A stretch of DNA of 59,379 bases, the filler included, from Dugesia japonica (lineage: Eukaryota), in the NCBI GenBank assembly GCA_001938525.1. It is 5 parts of 5 records of this genome, joined end to end, with 100 filler letters (N's around TTAATTAATTAA, not from the genome) between each part and the next. Parts side by side here need not be neighbours in the genome. Positions count along the whole stretch, not along the records: positions 41,981 to 50,594 come from MQRL01484342.1; positions 50,695 to 59,379 come from MQRL01583027.1; 3 more parts are not named here. The stretch is one strand, 5' to 3'. The stretch's first letter is position 1, and each line of letters begins with the position of its first letter. The notes beneath the pieces are model-generated. The model worked only from the letters and a program-made list of their open reading frames with translations. It did not search any database and was not told the DNA's origin. The position numbers and the translations under genes were made by a program. Positions 46,541 to 59,379 of this stretch are shown here, in pieces.

Positions 46541-49500
46541 ATGAAGAAAGCACATATATATAGAGAGAGGTTGCGATTAGCTTTTGAGAGCAAGAAAGAC
46601 ATAATAAAAGATTTACAGAATCTTGTAAGCTATCAACGTTGTGATGAAGAACTAAGGGTGTTTTTTAAAAAAGAGGAAGATTTGGTCGATCAATCTTTAG
46701 CAAATGGAAAGCTGACGAAAGACAAACTCTTATCAAAAATGCTAATAATTTGTGCAGATGGTAAAAAAGCAGAAGAAGAGATTATCAAGCGAAAATTGGA
46801 GAAAGTAGAAGACATAAAAGAAACGTTATCTTTAGTTGAAAAAATAGAAAGAAGAGAACATAACGTAGTGAAGAGTTACGGTGGTGTAACACGCGGAGAA
46901 CGTTTCGGAGAAAGGAGACAAAATATTGAGAAAGTTACAAAAATAACAGAACCACATTGTTGGACATGACAGAGTTATGGGCATACAAAAAGAGAGTGTC
47001 CAAAAAATTCTCATGTGGAATGTTGGACTTGTCACAAAAATGGCATTTAAGTAGAAATTATCCAGACAAGAAACTACCAAATGTTTTGGGTGTGGTAAGA
47101 TTGGTCACATCAGAAGGATGTGCACAGAAATTGTATGCGGTAGATGTAAAAGACCGGGTCACAGAGCGGAAGAATTTTATTCGAACATTTGTAAACCTAG
47201 ACTAGAAAAAAGAAGACACAATTTTAAAAGCGGATAACAAACAAAAGATTGGAGTCGGACCAAACAAATTCATGCCATTCGAGAAGAGGATTATGATGAG
47301 AATGAAGAGATAGTTTTGGAGAGCATAATAGAAAATGAAGATCCGAGAAGAAAATACCCAAAAGTCGTGGCTTCATCAATAGAAGAGTTGGTCGTAGCTA
47401 TTCATTAAACAAGATGTTTGATTATCTTCAAGAAGCCTAGAAATGGAATGAGATGAGCAAAGTTGGAAAAAAAGTTACAGATTCCTAAGAAGAGAAAGTT
47501 TCAATGATGCGGAAGTTAACAAAGCAGAAGTGATAGGAATAATTGAAGAAAACGGAATGCAGAAATTTCGTATGACAAAATACAAGAGAGACCCAGCATT
47601 TCAGTGATGATCAAGGGTGACCAGTTTGATTGTTTGTTGAATACAGGAGCAAGAATAAATGTGATGGGCATGAAAGGATTTAATAGACTCGGAGAAACAA
47701 TGTTAGAGAAAAGCGAAGAACTATTGCATTTTGCGAATAACAGCTCATTGAAGACAATTGGAAAGGTACGTGTGGAAGTTGTAATTTCAGAAGTGTGCAA
47801 GGAAGTAACATTTATAATAGTAGAAAAATTAATACCAGATCTAATTAGTGAAGTGGAATTTCAGAATATGTTTGGGTATCGTCTTCAAAAAAGTGCAGGA
47901 TTGACATCAATAATCATCGAGAAAAAATGGTTTGCAACATCGAAACAAAATTTGGAAGGCAGATACAGACGGGTGAATGATTGAGACATGCAATGGAGAT
48001 TCTAGAAATTNACAANGATCATTTATTGACTGCAATTATTCAGAATAATGAGGATATATTTATGGCTGACAAATGGAACATTGCATGCACACACTTAACG
48101 AGGCATAGAATAATCACTAAAGGAGGTCCAATCAACATAAAACCGTATCGCCAACCAAAGAATCTAGAAGAGAAAATTGAAGAGGCCATCAAGAATATGT
48201 ATGATAACGGTATCATTTGGAAGTGTAATTCGCAATGGAATACGACATTAATCTGTGTTTGGAAAAAGGAAAAAAGGATTTATGATAATGCTTAGACAGC
48301 TCAGCGCAATAACAGAAAGACAAGCTTTTCTTATGCTAAATGTGGACTAAATGCTGGGTAATTTGGAAGGTACACAGTATGTTAGCTCAATAGATTTGAG
48401 AAATGCATACTATCAAGTGGAACTCAGTGAAGATTCTCAAGAAAAGACGGCTTTTTCCACCAAACAAGAGCAAATTTGTTTCAATAGAATGTCTTTTGGA
48501 ATTGCAGCAGCACCATGTTTGTTCCAGGAAATGATGAATCAAATGATCGGAAAAATAAAAGGAGCGATGGTTTATTTAGACGATATTTTCATATTTACTG
48601 AAACAAAGGAGCAACATTATGAAATAGTAAATAAAGTATTGACAAAAATTAAGAATGCTGGTCTAAGAGTTAATCCGGAGAAGTGTCAATTCATGCAAAA
48701 GGAGATCAAATTTTTGGGGCACGTTATCAGTAAAGAAAGTGTCAAAACAGATCCAAAATGGACAAGAAAGCGTAATCGCATATGGGCCACATGCAATGAA
48801 GAGTCATGAAAAAGGATATTGTACTACGCGGAAAGAATTAATCGCAATTTATTACTTTTGTATTCATTTCAAACATTACTTATATGAGAATAAATTTATT
48901 TGTAGAACAGACCATAAGGTTATAACTTTTATGCTAAATACCAAGAAACTCATCACATCACAGTTTCAAACTTGGATTAATTATTTGAGCAGTCTAGATA
49001 TAAAATTGGAATATAGAAAAAGATCGCTTCATGCAAATGCGAATATGTTGTCAAGGAGGAAATGCGATAAATGTTCATAATTTATAATGTCACATGAAGA
49101 TCCCAAGAGTGAAAAATTAAAAACAAGGATGTTAAATACATTAGATATCCAAGAGAACCAAGGCAAGTTTGGAGAAAATGATGAAGGAACATGGATACCT
49201 ATGATAAAGTAACAGATGTTATTATGAGGATACCACACCTATTATGTCATGCTAGAACAGAAAAAGTAGCAGAGTATGTGAAGCATAAATATAAAGCGAA
49301 CCATTTGTGTAGCAAAATCTACGAGGTTGTTCAAAACTGTATAACATTCCAAAAAGCTAAAGTGTTGAAAACAAAAGCGAAAGAAGAAACGAAAAAGACA
49401 CAGCCAGCCGAAAAGTTTGAACTGTTATTTATAGATGTTTGTGGACCATTGCCGGAGACAAGAGGTCGAAAAAAATAGGTTCTCGGTATAATAGATCAAT

Positions 49501-49593
49501 ATAATAAGTATATAGCCTTGATAACAATGACAAGACAAGATGAAGATACCATATGGAAGGCAATCATGGAGAATTGGATATTAAAGTTCGGAT
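46541..49593 (+). mobile_element. Decayed Ty3/gypsy retrotransposon, 3' truncated
   Basis: Gag with CCHC remnants; protease CLLNTGA; RT IDLRNAYYQV, EKTAF, RMSFG, VYLDD, FLGH; RNase H YCTTRKEL, RTDHK; integrase HLLCH...IDVCGPLP. Confidence 0.93.
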
Positions 49594-50594
49594 ATTAATG
49601 TCCTAGAGTTTAATTAAATCAGAACAACTATCGGGGAAAGAAGTAAGGATTCCTTCTATTTTTATGTTATCATATTTTAAATTGTTAAATGTTTTTTATT
49701 TTTTGGAAGACACTGAAGGAAGGATCGTCGGGGAGTAGTTCTGCTATCTTTGATGGTTCATCTTATCAGCTACTTCCTCGCGAGATCTTCCACTCATAAA
49801 TAACGATGATAAAATGATGAACAATAGCGAGTTGACAATGTGTAGAAAGAAAGCAACGTGTTGCGAAATGATAAATATTAACGTAGAGTAACACGTAAGA
49901 AATGTTAATTTCCTGTCTTGATAAATTAAAGAGCTGAGATGTTACACTATGATGATTGGAACGAACAATTATTACTAGATAATAAACGGCGAATTGATTG
50001 TAGTGATAGAATGAGACACTCGTCGTTCAAAACTTATTTTTCTATTAAACATGATTAACCTGATGTTGGAGGTGGGTGGTTGGATCTTTCTCCTTATTAT
50101 ATGATCATTAGACTGAAATAAACGATTGTTCAGTGTATGTAAAAATATCAACCTTTCAACTATGTGTTTATTATTCATTAATTTCATATTGTATTATAAA
50201 CATTTATTTGGATTGCTGTTAATTGATTAATATTAATATCTTAGCTATAATTTCAGTATTTAAACCTTAAATTTTTTTAGATACAAAAATACGCCTTGTG
50301 ATATTACCATAATGATGCTATAAGAGATAGAAGGACCATTCATCATCCGGAGGAAGTTGGATTCCTGATAATTCTCGATTGATTACAATAGGGTCACCAT
50401 GAAATATTATGTATAGTGATGTGGATAATNNNNNNNNNNNNNNNNNNNNAGTATTTAATGAACTTCATAAAGGACTTCCATCTCCATCCAAGATGATGAG
50501 TGGTCGATGATCTATCAAGAGTAGTGTTAGAATTATTATTTCTTAGGTTTAAAGAATTCATTAAAAACCAAGTTCTGATAGAAAAATATATATT

Positions 50595-50694
50595 NNNNNN
50601 NNNNNNNNNNNNNNNNNNNNNNNNNNNNNNNNNNNNNNTTAATTAATTAANNNNNNNNNNNNNNNNNNNNNNNNNNNNNNNNNNNNNNNNNNNN
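50595..50694. other. Artificial contig linker
   Basis: N44-TTAATTAATTAA-N44. Confidence 0.95.
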
Positions 50695-50870
50695 TTACAA
50701 TTAATTTAGAAATATTTATAGAAATTTTAATATAAATATCACAAACAAATTAATAACTTTTCTGCGTAATTTGTGTTTTCACGTTATAAATCTACAAGAG
50801 ACCAAAAGTAAAAGGTTATTAATATACAATATAAACAAGAAAGAATATTTGTTATGTATTTATATATTCC

Positions 50871-51031
50871 AAAAGTAAGACTTCATTAAATGTTGAGTGG
50901 TTCTGAGACTTTGTTAACTTCATACTTAATTCGGAAACATTTTAAAATCACAATATGACTAAGATTTCTCATTTGGTATAAAATATTTTGACATGCAAGC
51001 CTTATTTAATGCCAAATTATTGATTAAATAA
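50871..51031. repeat. Direct repeat, ~160-170 bp (second copy 51547-51720)
   Basis: AAAAGTAAGACTTCATTAAATGTTGAGT...AAATAA present twice, with substitutions and a short indel. Confidence 0.9.
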
Positions 51032-51049
51032 TTGGTAATACTTTCAATG

Positions 51050-51470
51050 TCTTCGGGGAAATCATGTGATTCGTAGATTTTCTCTATTGATTGTTTTAAT
51101 GATTTCACTTCATCATTCTTAATAAATTGNNNNNNNNNNNNNNNNNNACCATCTCTGTACACAATGATTCTTTTCGGTAGTTCGTGGTATTTTTTTTGAA
51201 ATCTTCTAAAGCTAATATGAAATTTCTTTCCAATGTTTCGTGAAATTCTTGTGAACAAGTTTCATGGTTCACGAAACTCATTGCGTAAATTTGTGGTTTG
51301 TTGTAAAAACCGATGCATGAATGAACGTTTTATTCGATTTATTTTAGGTAGTATCAATACCAATCCCCATTGTGGGCCCATTATAATATAATAATCATTA
51401 TAATCGTATCCAAATTTAGCAAATATTTGTATTACAGTCCTGTCTGAAATAAATTTTCTGCGTTTATTAT
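51050..51470 (-). pseudogene. Piwi/Argonaute PIWI-domain fragment
   Basis: VIQIFAKFG, PTMGIGIDT* and LPKRIIVYRDG......QF..DEV in the expected order; stops and frameshifts. Confidence 0.75.
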
Positions 51471-52189
51471 TTTCAAGGGACCAGTTCTTATAGTAAATGA
51501 TTTTATTTATATGTATTTATTATATGTTTTTCGAAAAATAGATTCTAAAAGTAAGACTTCATTAAATGTTGAGTTATTCCAAGACTTTGCTAACTTCATA
51601 CTTAATTCGGAAACATTTTAAAATCATAATATGATTAAGATTTCTCATTTGGTAAAAAATATTTTGACATTTTTATTCGACATGCAAGCCTTATTCAATG
51701 CCATATTGTTGATCAAATAAGAAAAAATCATAAGACAGACGTAAAAGAATTTCTTTATGAAAACTGGATTAAAAATTATTTATTTTGAATAAATAATTTA
51801 ATTGCTTTATACTATATATTTAATTATAAACTATTAAATATAATTTTCAATTGATTATGTTCTATCTCAAGTAAAATAATAATTGCGAATTGTATTTAAA
51901 AATATACAATAATAAAATTGTAAAACATTGATTTTCTTCATATACTAAATTGAACTAAAAGGTTTTCTTTTCTTAAAATAAATAATTTGTTAAAAGCGGG
52001 TCACTTGACCAGTTGTGATAGAAATAGGTATGTATAAAATTATGGGAGGTTTAGTGTTAAAGAAACAGGTTGTTATGAACAAGAACGTACATTTATTTCA
52101 ATTAAAAACAACTAAAATAAAAGTTCAAGCATTCCAAATAAATATGGTTCGCTGTTGGAGCTATCTAAATTAATGTTCCACCGACATTT

Positions 52190-54340
52190 TAATGGTGCAA
52201 AGGTTTTTCTTTTTAATTTTTCTTAATTTCTTCATTTAAAAGCATTTTTTCTTGTACCATATCTAGTGATTCTTCATTTTTTATTTGATGTTTTTTTGGA
52301 ATTTTTACATAAGGGGCTAGATAGCTTTCAAAATTCAGCAGAACGTTCCACTGAAGGATCACAATTTGTAACAAACTTTCCCAANNNNNNNNNNNNNNNN
52401 NNNNNNNNNNNNNNNNNNNNNNNNNNNNNNNNNNTAGTGTTAAAGAAACAGGTTGTTATGAACAAGAACGTACATTTATTTCAATTAAAAACAACTAAAA
52501 TAAAAGTTCAAGCATTCCAAATAAATATGGTTCGCTGTTGGAGCTATCTAAATTAATGTTCCACCNNNNNNNNNNNNNNNNNNNNNNNNNNNNNNNNNNN
52601 NNNNNNNNNNNNNNNNNNNNNNNNNNNNNNNNNNNNNNNNNNNNNNNNNNNNNNNNNNNNNNNNNNNNNNNNNNNNNNNNNNNNNNNNNNNNNNNNNNNN
52701 NNNNNNNNNNNNNNNNNNNNNNNNNNNNNNNNNNNNNNNNNNNNNNNNNNNNNNNNNNNNNNNNNNNNNNNNNNNNNNNNNNNNNNNNNNNNNNNNNNNN
52801 NNNNNNNNNNNNNNNNNNNNNNNNNNNNNNNNNNNNNNNNNNNNNNNNNNNNCAAAATTATTTATATTATTTAGGTGTGATGTATCAGCTAATTAAATAA
52901 GCTCTTCCTCGTCTAAATCTTCATCAATATTTATTAATTCTAAAATATCTTCATTCATGTTGTTAAATCCTTCTCCACCCACTGATCTAACAATATTTAC
53001 AATATAATTAATATTCATACTTGTACATTTTCTTGCAAAACGACTTCAGGCCAATTTTTTTTCAACAAGCATTTAATGTCGAAGACTTCAATTCTTGAAC
53101 ACAAAAATATTAAATCAACACATTTATAAATTGAAAAATCTTTCCACATCTCAGGTAATTTCATACCTGGATTGCATTCACATTTTTCCAATATAAGCTC
53201 AAGTGTTCTACGTATGTAATATGATTTTATTATTTTTTTTAATACTCTGGTCAAGTTGTTGTATTATTGATGTCGTATTTGGTGGTAAAAAAATTACTTT
53301 TATTTTCGGATGAACTAGGTCTACTGGATGTCCTGGAGTAGTAAAGCTTTGAAATTGATATTTTTAGATTTTGAATAATTTTTGATTTCCGGTACAAAGC
53401 AGTTGACAAATCATACCCGAAAAATAGCAGGTGTGACCCATGCTTTTTTTATTTGCTCTCCAGTAAATGGGTATTACAGCCTTGTCAATACCTTGCATTG
53501 CCTGTTGGCTTAAAAAAATGTTGATTACCATTGGCTTTGTTATGCTTTCGTCAGATGCATTACTGCATAGAAGTAATGCTATCCTGTTCTTAGATGCCTT
53601 ATACACATTGACGGTTCTCTCGTGTTTTGATAAATATGTAGGTTTAGGCATTTTCTTACAATATAAGCCAGTTTCGTCGGCACTATAAACTTGATCGGCT
53701 GTATATTCACCTTCATTAATTATTTTTTGAAGTTATTTTTTATATTTTTAGCACTTTTATAATCTGCTGATGCGTCTTCTTGAATTTGTTTATTTTATAA
53801 GGAAAATCTATTCCGAAACCTTTCAAGCCAACCATTACTACATATAAACTTTGATTTTGAGGCATCGGATGAAATCGCTTCTGATTCTTGTAATGTAGTA
53901 AAAAATTTTTCTTTTTTTTCTTTTGCTTTTAATCAAGATGTACTTATAGGAATATTATTGTGATTGCAGTCTTCTAATCAAATCATCAAACATTTTTCTG
54001 ATTTTGGTATTCTTTTACACGTGAAGATTTACTGATAGATACTAACGAGCTAGAGATTTCAGCATTCCTAATTTTATTTTCATACATTTTAATTGTCCGC
54101 ATTGTTGACTCGCTTAGCATTAGATCCTTCGCTATTACAGCTATTTTCTTAACATTTTTTAAACTTAAGCAAAATATCAATTTTTTCCCCAAGGAAATAG
54201 ATTTCTTTTTTAATTTAGGTTTTGTTATATTTTCACTTGTCATGGTTATAGTGGAGAAATTTTTTGTGGGAAATCCCTGCGTTATGTGAGGAAAGCATCG
54301 CGTTATAAGAGGGATATGGAATTGCGTTATACGAAAATCT
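52190..54340 (-). mobile_element. Decayed pogo/Tigger (TIGD1-like) transposon
   Basis: psq-HTH (KKKSISLGKK...LSESTMRTI), VYSADETGLY.KKMP, KASKNRIALLLCSNAS, FLPPNTTS; GCGTTATA(A/C)G subterminal repeats at about 54279-54333. Confidence 0.88.
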
Positions 54341-55144
54341 GATGTTTTATTTTTGACCGTTTAATAATATTTTTATAATCAACTATTGGCTTTTTTGGTC
54401 ATTTTCATTTGACCGGGCTGGTTCGTTTAGAAAAAGAAAAACTCAAAACCAAAAAATCCCCTGTAAAGGTTTTGATGGTGATTAACGGGAGACAAATTTT
54501 GGAAATGAGCTGAGAAAAAGGATAATTTTAATAATAAATAATAATTTTAATAATAAAATTTCAGCATTTTAAAACAAATAATATTTCGTTTAATATGCAG
54601 TTTTTTTTCGGGGAGTGTGTTAAAATTAATAAATTAAAACTACAAAACTAATGAAAAAATAGATAATTAATACTAAAATATATAAAAATCAATGAATATT
54701 ATGCGGTTGGTGTATGATCGCCACAACTCAGCTTAAATTCGAAGAAACATTTTCTTCAAATCGTGGCAGGCAATTGTATAAAATATAAAACATAATTTGT
54801 TGGTTGAAAATGATTACGATATTATCTTATTCATGTTAGTAACTTTAATAATAAAATTATGATGATTAGCATTTAAAAATTGCAAGCAATGCCCGTATAC
54901 ATATTCACTAATCATCATAGATCACTAATTTTTACATTTGTATAATCGGGTGGATTGAAAAGCACGATCTTTCATGGTGAAATTTAAGCAGTTTTATCAT
55001 TTGAATTTAATCAACATTACCATCCGTTAAATAATAACTCTGATCAAGATGGCTTTCGCCTTCACTCTTTTTCGATAATTATCTTGCTTACATTCTCTAT
55101 TTCTATTCAGTACTCTTTCATTTCTAATATTGCCTAGTCTAGAT

Positions 55145-56365
55145 CTATGCCCGGAAACCAAACTTTCTTTCTTTATGAAATCCAACGAGTCTTCGTGGTA
55201 ACCCTTTTTGGACGATCAAATCTTGTGCTATTAAATAAGATGGCCAAAAAATTTTGCCGTTTCTAATTTTTATTATAGATGTAACAATCAAATAAGAATT
55301 TACAGTGTTTACACGAAATAGGGAAATGAATTTACTAATCAGAAGTATAGTTACCATTAAACTCGAAAACATCGTCAGCATTTTTCAGCAACTTGTATTC
55401 TTCACGCATCATATCAGAAGACAAACTATTGAAAAATTCCGTTAAATTTGGTTCAAGATGCATAGAATTTTGAAATGTTTTATTTCTGCGATATGTTTCA
55501 ATTTCTAAATACAAAATGATCTTGTAAATTAAGATTTAGTGAGTAGGCTTAATAATTTAATTCCGGAATTTTCGATGATGGAAGAGGTTTTTTGATATTT
55601 ATTAAAGGGTAAAGAATATAACTTTTGAATCGCTATTTATACTAGCGAAGAATCTATGATCTAGTTACTTTATTACCAAAGTATTCGTTTTCTTCTCAGC
55701 TGCTTCTATTTGTCCTAAATGCGACATTTTTCTATAAAATATTTCGACAAAAGCTAAAAGTATTCCATGATTAAAACAAAGATAACTAGTAATCCTAACT
55801 AGACTTCCGTATTTTATCATAACTGCAGCACTGTCATGAGTTGAAGCAACGATATTACAGTCCAAATCAATGAAAAGTTTATTCATTACCTTTATTATCA
55901 ATTTCAGTGTTCTTTCAAAAGTACAAGACTCTACAATAGAAATCAAACCAAGAACATACAATTTATGATTGGAACGATGTGTGACTTTCATATCTTACAC
56001 GATTGTCATTACGATTATCTTACATCAATTGTAATACTAGATTTAAAACGATTTTTTCAAATGTTTGCAATTCTTTCTGAACTTCAATTATTTTCTTATA
56101 AAAATCCATTACATTTATTGTTAGTTGTTGCGTTTCTTGGCATATTTAATTATTGACTTCTTACAAAATCTATTATTGCTTCACATTTAAAAATAGCCCC
56201 CAAAGAAATCTCCTTTGAAGCGCATTTTGGGAGAATTTCATTTAAAATTTCTGTAAACAAAATGCATAATATTATTTCGCATGGTTTAATTTTTGAACAT
56301 GAGATTTCGTGTTCAGAGATAGTTGAAGATAAGTAAGATTCCTCGCCTTCCTTACTCACTTGCAC
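55145..56365 (-). mobile_element. Decayed hAT transposase
   Basis: IVASTHDSAAVMIKYG...LCFNHGILLAFVEIFY (D and CxxH motifs) in ORF 55665-55991; flanking broken frames. Confidence 0.75.
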
Positions 56366-57055
56366 AGTTCGTCAATTACAAACTTTACAAAAAGACAAAT
56401 AAATTACAAATTTACTTATAAAAATCACATAAAATCTTTTGCGAACCACTTCTCTTTCAGTCGAACAAATTTGTATTTTTTCTTTATTGCATCAAAATAA
56501 ACCAAAAGTGTACTATTATGCAAATTTTCCACACACATGAAATTAAGTTTTATAAAAAAATCATAGTTAAATATAATAAATAAAACTATTTATTTATTAC
56601 ACCACAATAATTAAAATGAGTTAATTATTATTCATAGTTATAATGAAATCTTAATAGAAAAAAATCATTTAATACAAATAAATAAAAATGAAGTTATAGT
56701 AAAAACGAAATATTAAGGCAATTATTTGTATTATATTATATTTTTATGAATTCATTTATATTATAATTTTTATTATAATATATTTTAATAATATAATATA
56801 ATAATTATGTTGGGGTGCCACCTGAGTTGATGGTGAAAAGAAATGCTGGCCGGGGAAAAGCGGCCCTCAGGGGATCCCATTCAAGAATTCGAATCTAACA
56901 TCCCTTTATTAGATACTCAGTTCAGAGTTGACCTCTAACGCTTATTTGAGGTACCCACTCGTACACCTTTAATTCGGGTTCCTTATTTTCCCTTATGATA
57001 TTATAATCAAAACTAATTAACAAATTGTTAAAACTAAGTTATATTTTATATTATA

Positions 57056-58466
57056 TTACAAGAGATCCATAGCACCCGGGTCTAACCACTGGGTGGGATC
57101 GTCATCAAAAAAGTTGAAGGCAGCTTCATCGTCGTCATCCCAACGAATTCATGCTGCGTTTCATAATTGCCTCGACAAATCAGCTATATAGCGCCGTAAG
57201 AATTCAATTTTGTTTTCCAGAATCCTCTTGGTTTGCTTTGCAAAATCACCTTGTTTTTTCACGATGATGTCTAGCTTTTTTATTAATTTATTTCGCTGCG
57301 CGAGATGTTTGAGTAAGGCATGTTCAGTCTGTAGTTTGAGATGACGCTCTAACAGAAGCCGTTGGATTATTCGGTGGCAGCGCCTTAAACTGTTAAAGAA
57401 TATAATTCGTGGTACTTAATAAATAATGTTAATAAAATATGACTAAATTTTGATTCAAGACTAATTATACAGAGACAATGATCCTTAGAATTAAGACCAT
57501 AGGTTGCAAACAAAACCTTTATTTACAAATTCGGAGTAAGAACAACGAAATGCAATAACGCGATGTCTGGTTGGCTTTGTCGACCATCAGAGGTTCGAGT
57601 GGCATCGCCGCTTTTAGCTTTAGAATATCATTGACCAGTTTATTTTCAGGACCGGATGACCTCGGTCTTCCATATTCTTTCCTGGGCAAGAGACGCTTCA
57701 GCCTCTTTTTAAACGCGACACATTTGACCTTATACCGCTTTACCTTAGCCTCCGCTGAAGCAGTATTGGCCTCCCAACGCCGTTTTGCAAGCTTGTATAG
57801 ATTCCAAGTTATTTCCTTGTCATCACTCGATTCTCTCAATTTTTTGGTGGGAGCTACGGCACGGTTTAACGAAGAATGCGCTAAAACAAATGTAAATTAT
57901 ACGTTCAAACAACAATTAAAAAATTTAAGACTGATTAATTATTAATTATTACGAAAGGTCACGAAATATGCTCGGTTAATTTTATGACAAATAAAACACC
58001 AAGAAATGTAGGAAGTCATTTTCTGTATTTTATTTTTCATACAGAAATTCGCATAAATAGGAGTTTATACTGAAGTTTCGTTGATAGGAAAGGGGTCGAC
58101 ATTCTCATCGTTGCCGCTACTGGATGCATGGCGAACACTCCATAAGGTGCCATTTATCAACCTACCTATCCCTACCGGAGTCATGACTGGCGTTGAAGGT
58201 GGCGGGGTGTTCTCTCTCTAAACTCGTTCGTAATTGTTAGACACTATTCTCACGGAAAGAGTGACGCGACTGAGATCGGAGCCAGTCCACTTATAATACG
58301 CCTGACGGTCCGTGGCGTCCATCATCCGTTCCTCATAAGCAGCTCTGACGGGTAGATTTGACCTTTCTGCCATTACTCCGGCATTCCGGTTATATGGATT
58401 TTGATATCTCTTAAATATCATCCTACCGGTAATACAATCTTGTATCAGCTCCCATTTATAATCCAT
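57056..58466 (-). pseudogene. Orphan spliced gene-like region, GC-richer than host, disrupted
   Basis: Coding-like blocks 58466-58071, 57880-57527 and 57389-57056 separated by AT-rich GT-AG spacers. Internal stops and frameshift; splice phases not fully reconciled; no family recognised. Confidence 0.4.
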
Positions 58467-59379
58467 TTCTATTATTTAAAATTAATTTAAGAGGCAAATT
58501 ATACTGATTGGTATGAATTGCTTACATGAAACAAATAAAACTAGATATCTTCTGAAAAAATAAATTTTTTATTTTAAACAAATAGGACTAATAATTAATA
58601 AAATATATTTTAAGGAAAGATCGTCACTCCTCGTCAATATCCACCTTTAAAGGTAAAGTGTACATCTCGACGAAACACTGGAGGTCGGTTTCGTCGGGAT
58701 GCTTAACCTCGCCATATGATAAAATGTGGCCAGTAATTGCCTCAATCGAGTAGTCTTACGTTGTTTTCGGATTAGTCGAAGTGTGTTTCTCTATACTGCT
58801 GGTATTATCTACAATCATATGGTGGACATAAAATCGTGCTATTCACATGGTTATTAAAAATTAAATTGTGTTTGAGTTACAGTGGGATCCTAACGGAAGT
58901 ATGTTAAACAAATATTTAATGTTGCTGCAATTAATAAACAACCAAATAAAAATAATAACAAAGATGATAGGGATGGTTTATCACAAGAGAGATAACAGCG
59001 GTAGTGACAACTATTTACACCAGGATAACCCCAACACGAATAATGATGACCATCCTAGTGAGTATTATCATAACACAGGAATAATAATTATGTAAACTCT
59101 AATGATGTCAGCAATACGAGTAGATTGATAGGGGCACTCAACCTCTGCACACATTCAGTAGAACCCCCCGGTCCCCTATACGTAATCGGATTATTACATA
59201 ACTGTTTTTAAATTTTTCTAATGTAAATAAGCGGCGGCACACATTTGTGTGCGTTAAATTATGTAATTAATCTTGTAGCAAGATTATTACGTAAGAGAGG
59301 TTACATTTTTCCTGTGTATTTAGTTGAGAAAAATTATTTGCACACAAATTATGTCATGAGATTAATTTCATCGGTGAAA

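Noticed and set aside
51990-52060. piggyBac-like end (...GGAGGTTTAGTG-TTAA)
   Set aside because: No partner end or transposase found; too little support.
52050-52565. Tandem duplication (about 52052-52183 vs 52435-52565)
   Set aside because: Identical copies adjoining N gaps; most likely an unmerged contig overlap, as at 15105-15522.

Overview
Very AT-rich eukaryotic (animal-like) draft sequence with ~40-50 nt GT-AG introns, many (AAT)n tracts beside N gaps, and four artificial 100-bp linkers (N44-TTAATTAATTAA-N44). The linkers split the window into five pieces whose adjacency cannot be trusted. Host genes: a partial mitochondrial phosphate carrier (SLC25A3-like), the 5' half of a clan-3-like cytochrome P450, an RBM7-like RRM protein, two orphan multi-exon genes and a Piwi/Argonaute fragment. 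Most of the window is transposon-derived: mariner, pogo/Tigger, hAT, MULE, a PIF/Harbinger-type MITE, Penelope-like retroelements carrying hammerhead cores, and two decayed Ty3/gypsy elements. The centrepiece is an ~11-kb Polinton/Maverick endogenous virus (28718-39727) encoding integrase, packaging ATPase, adenain-like protease, penton, a pX-like core protein, a candidate fibre and a protein-primed PolB, with no major capsid gene visible. It appears to be inserted into the PolB gene of an older Polinton. Its most unusual property is about 20 copies of GC-rich 7-mers capable of forming triloop mini-hairpins (GCGAAGC/GCAAAGC/CCGTAGG), placed just upstream of start codons and inside ORFs. Related Polinton termini occur several more times; one is followed by a 42-bp tandem array of AP-1-type sites. 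All family assignments come from motif recognition by eye; no searches were run.
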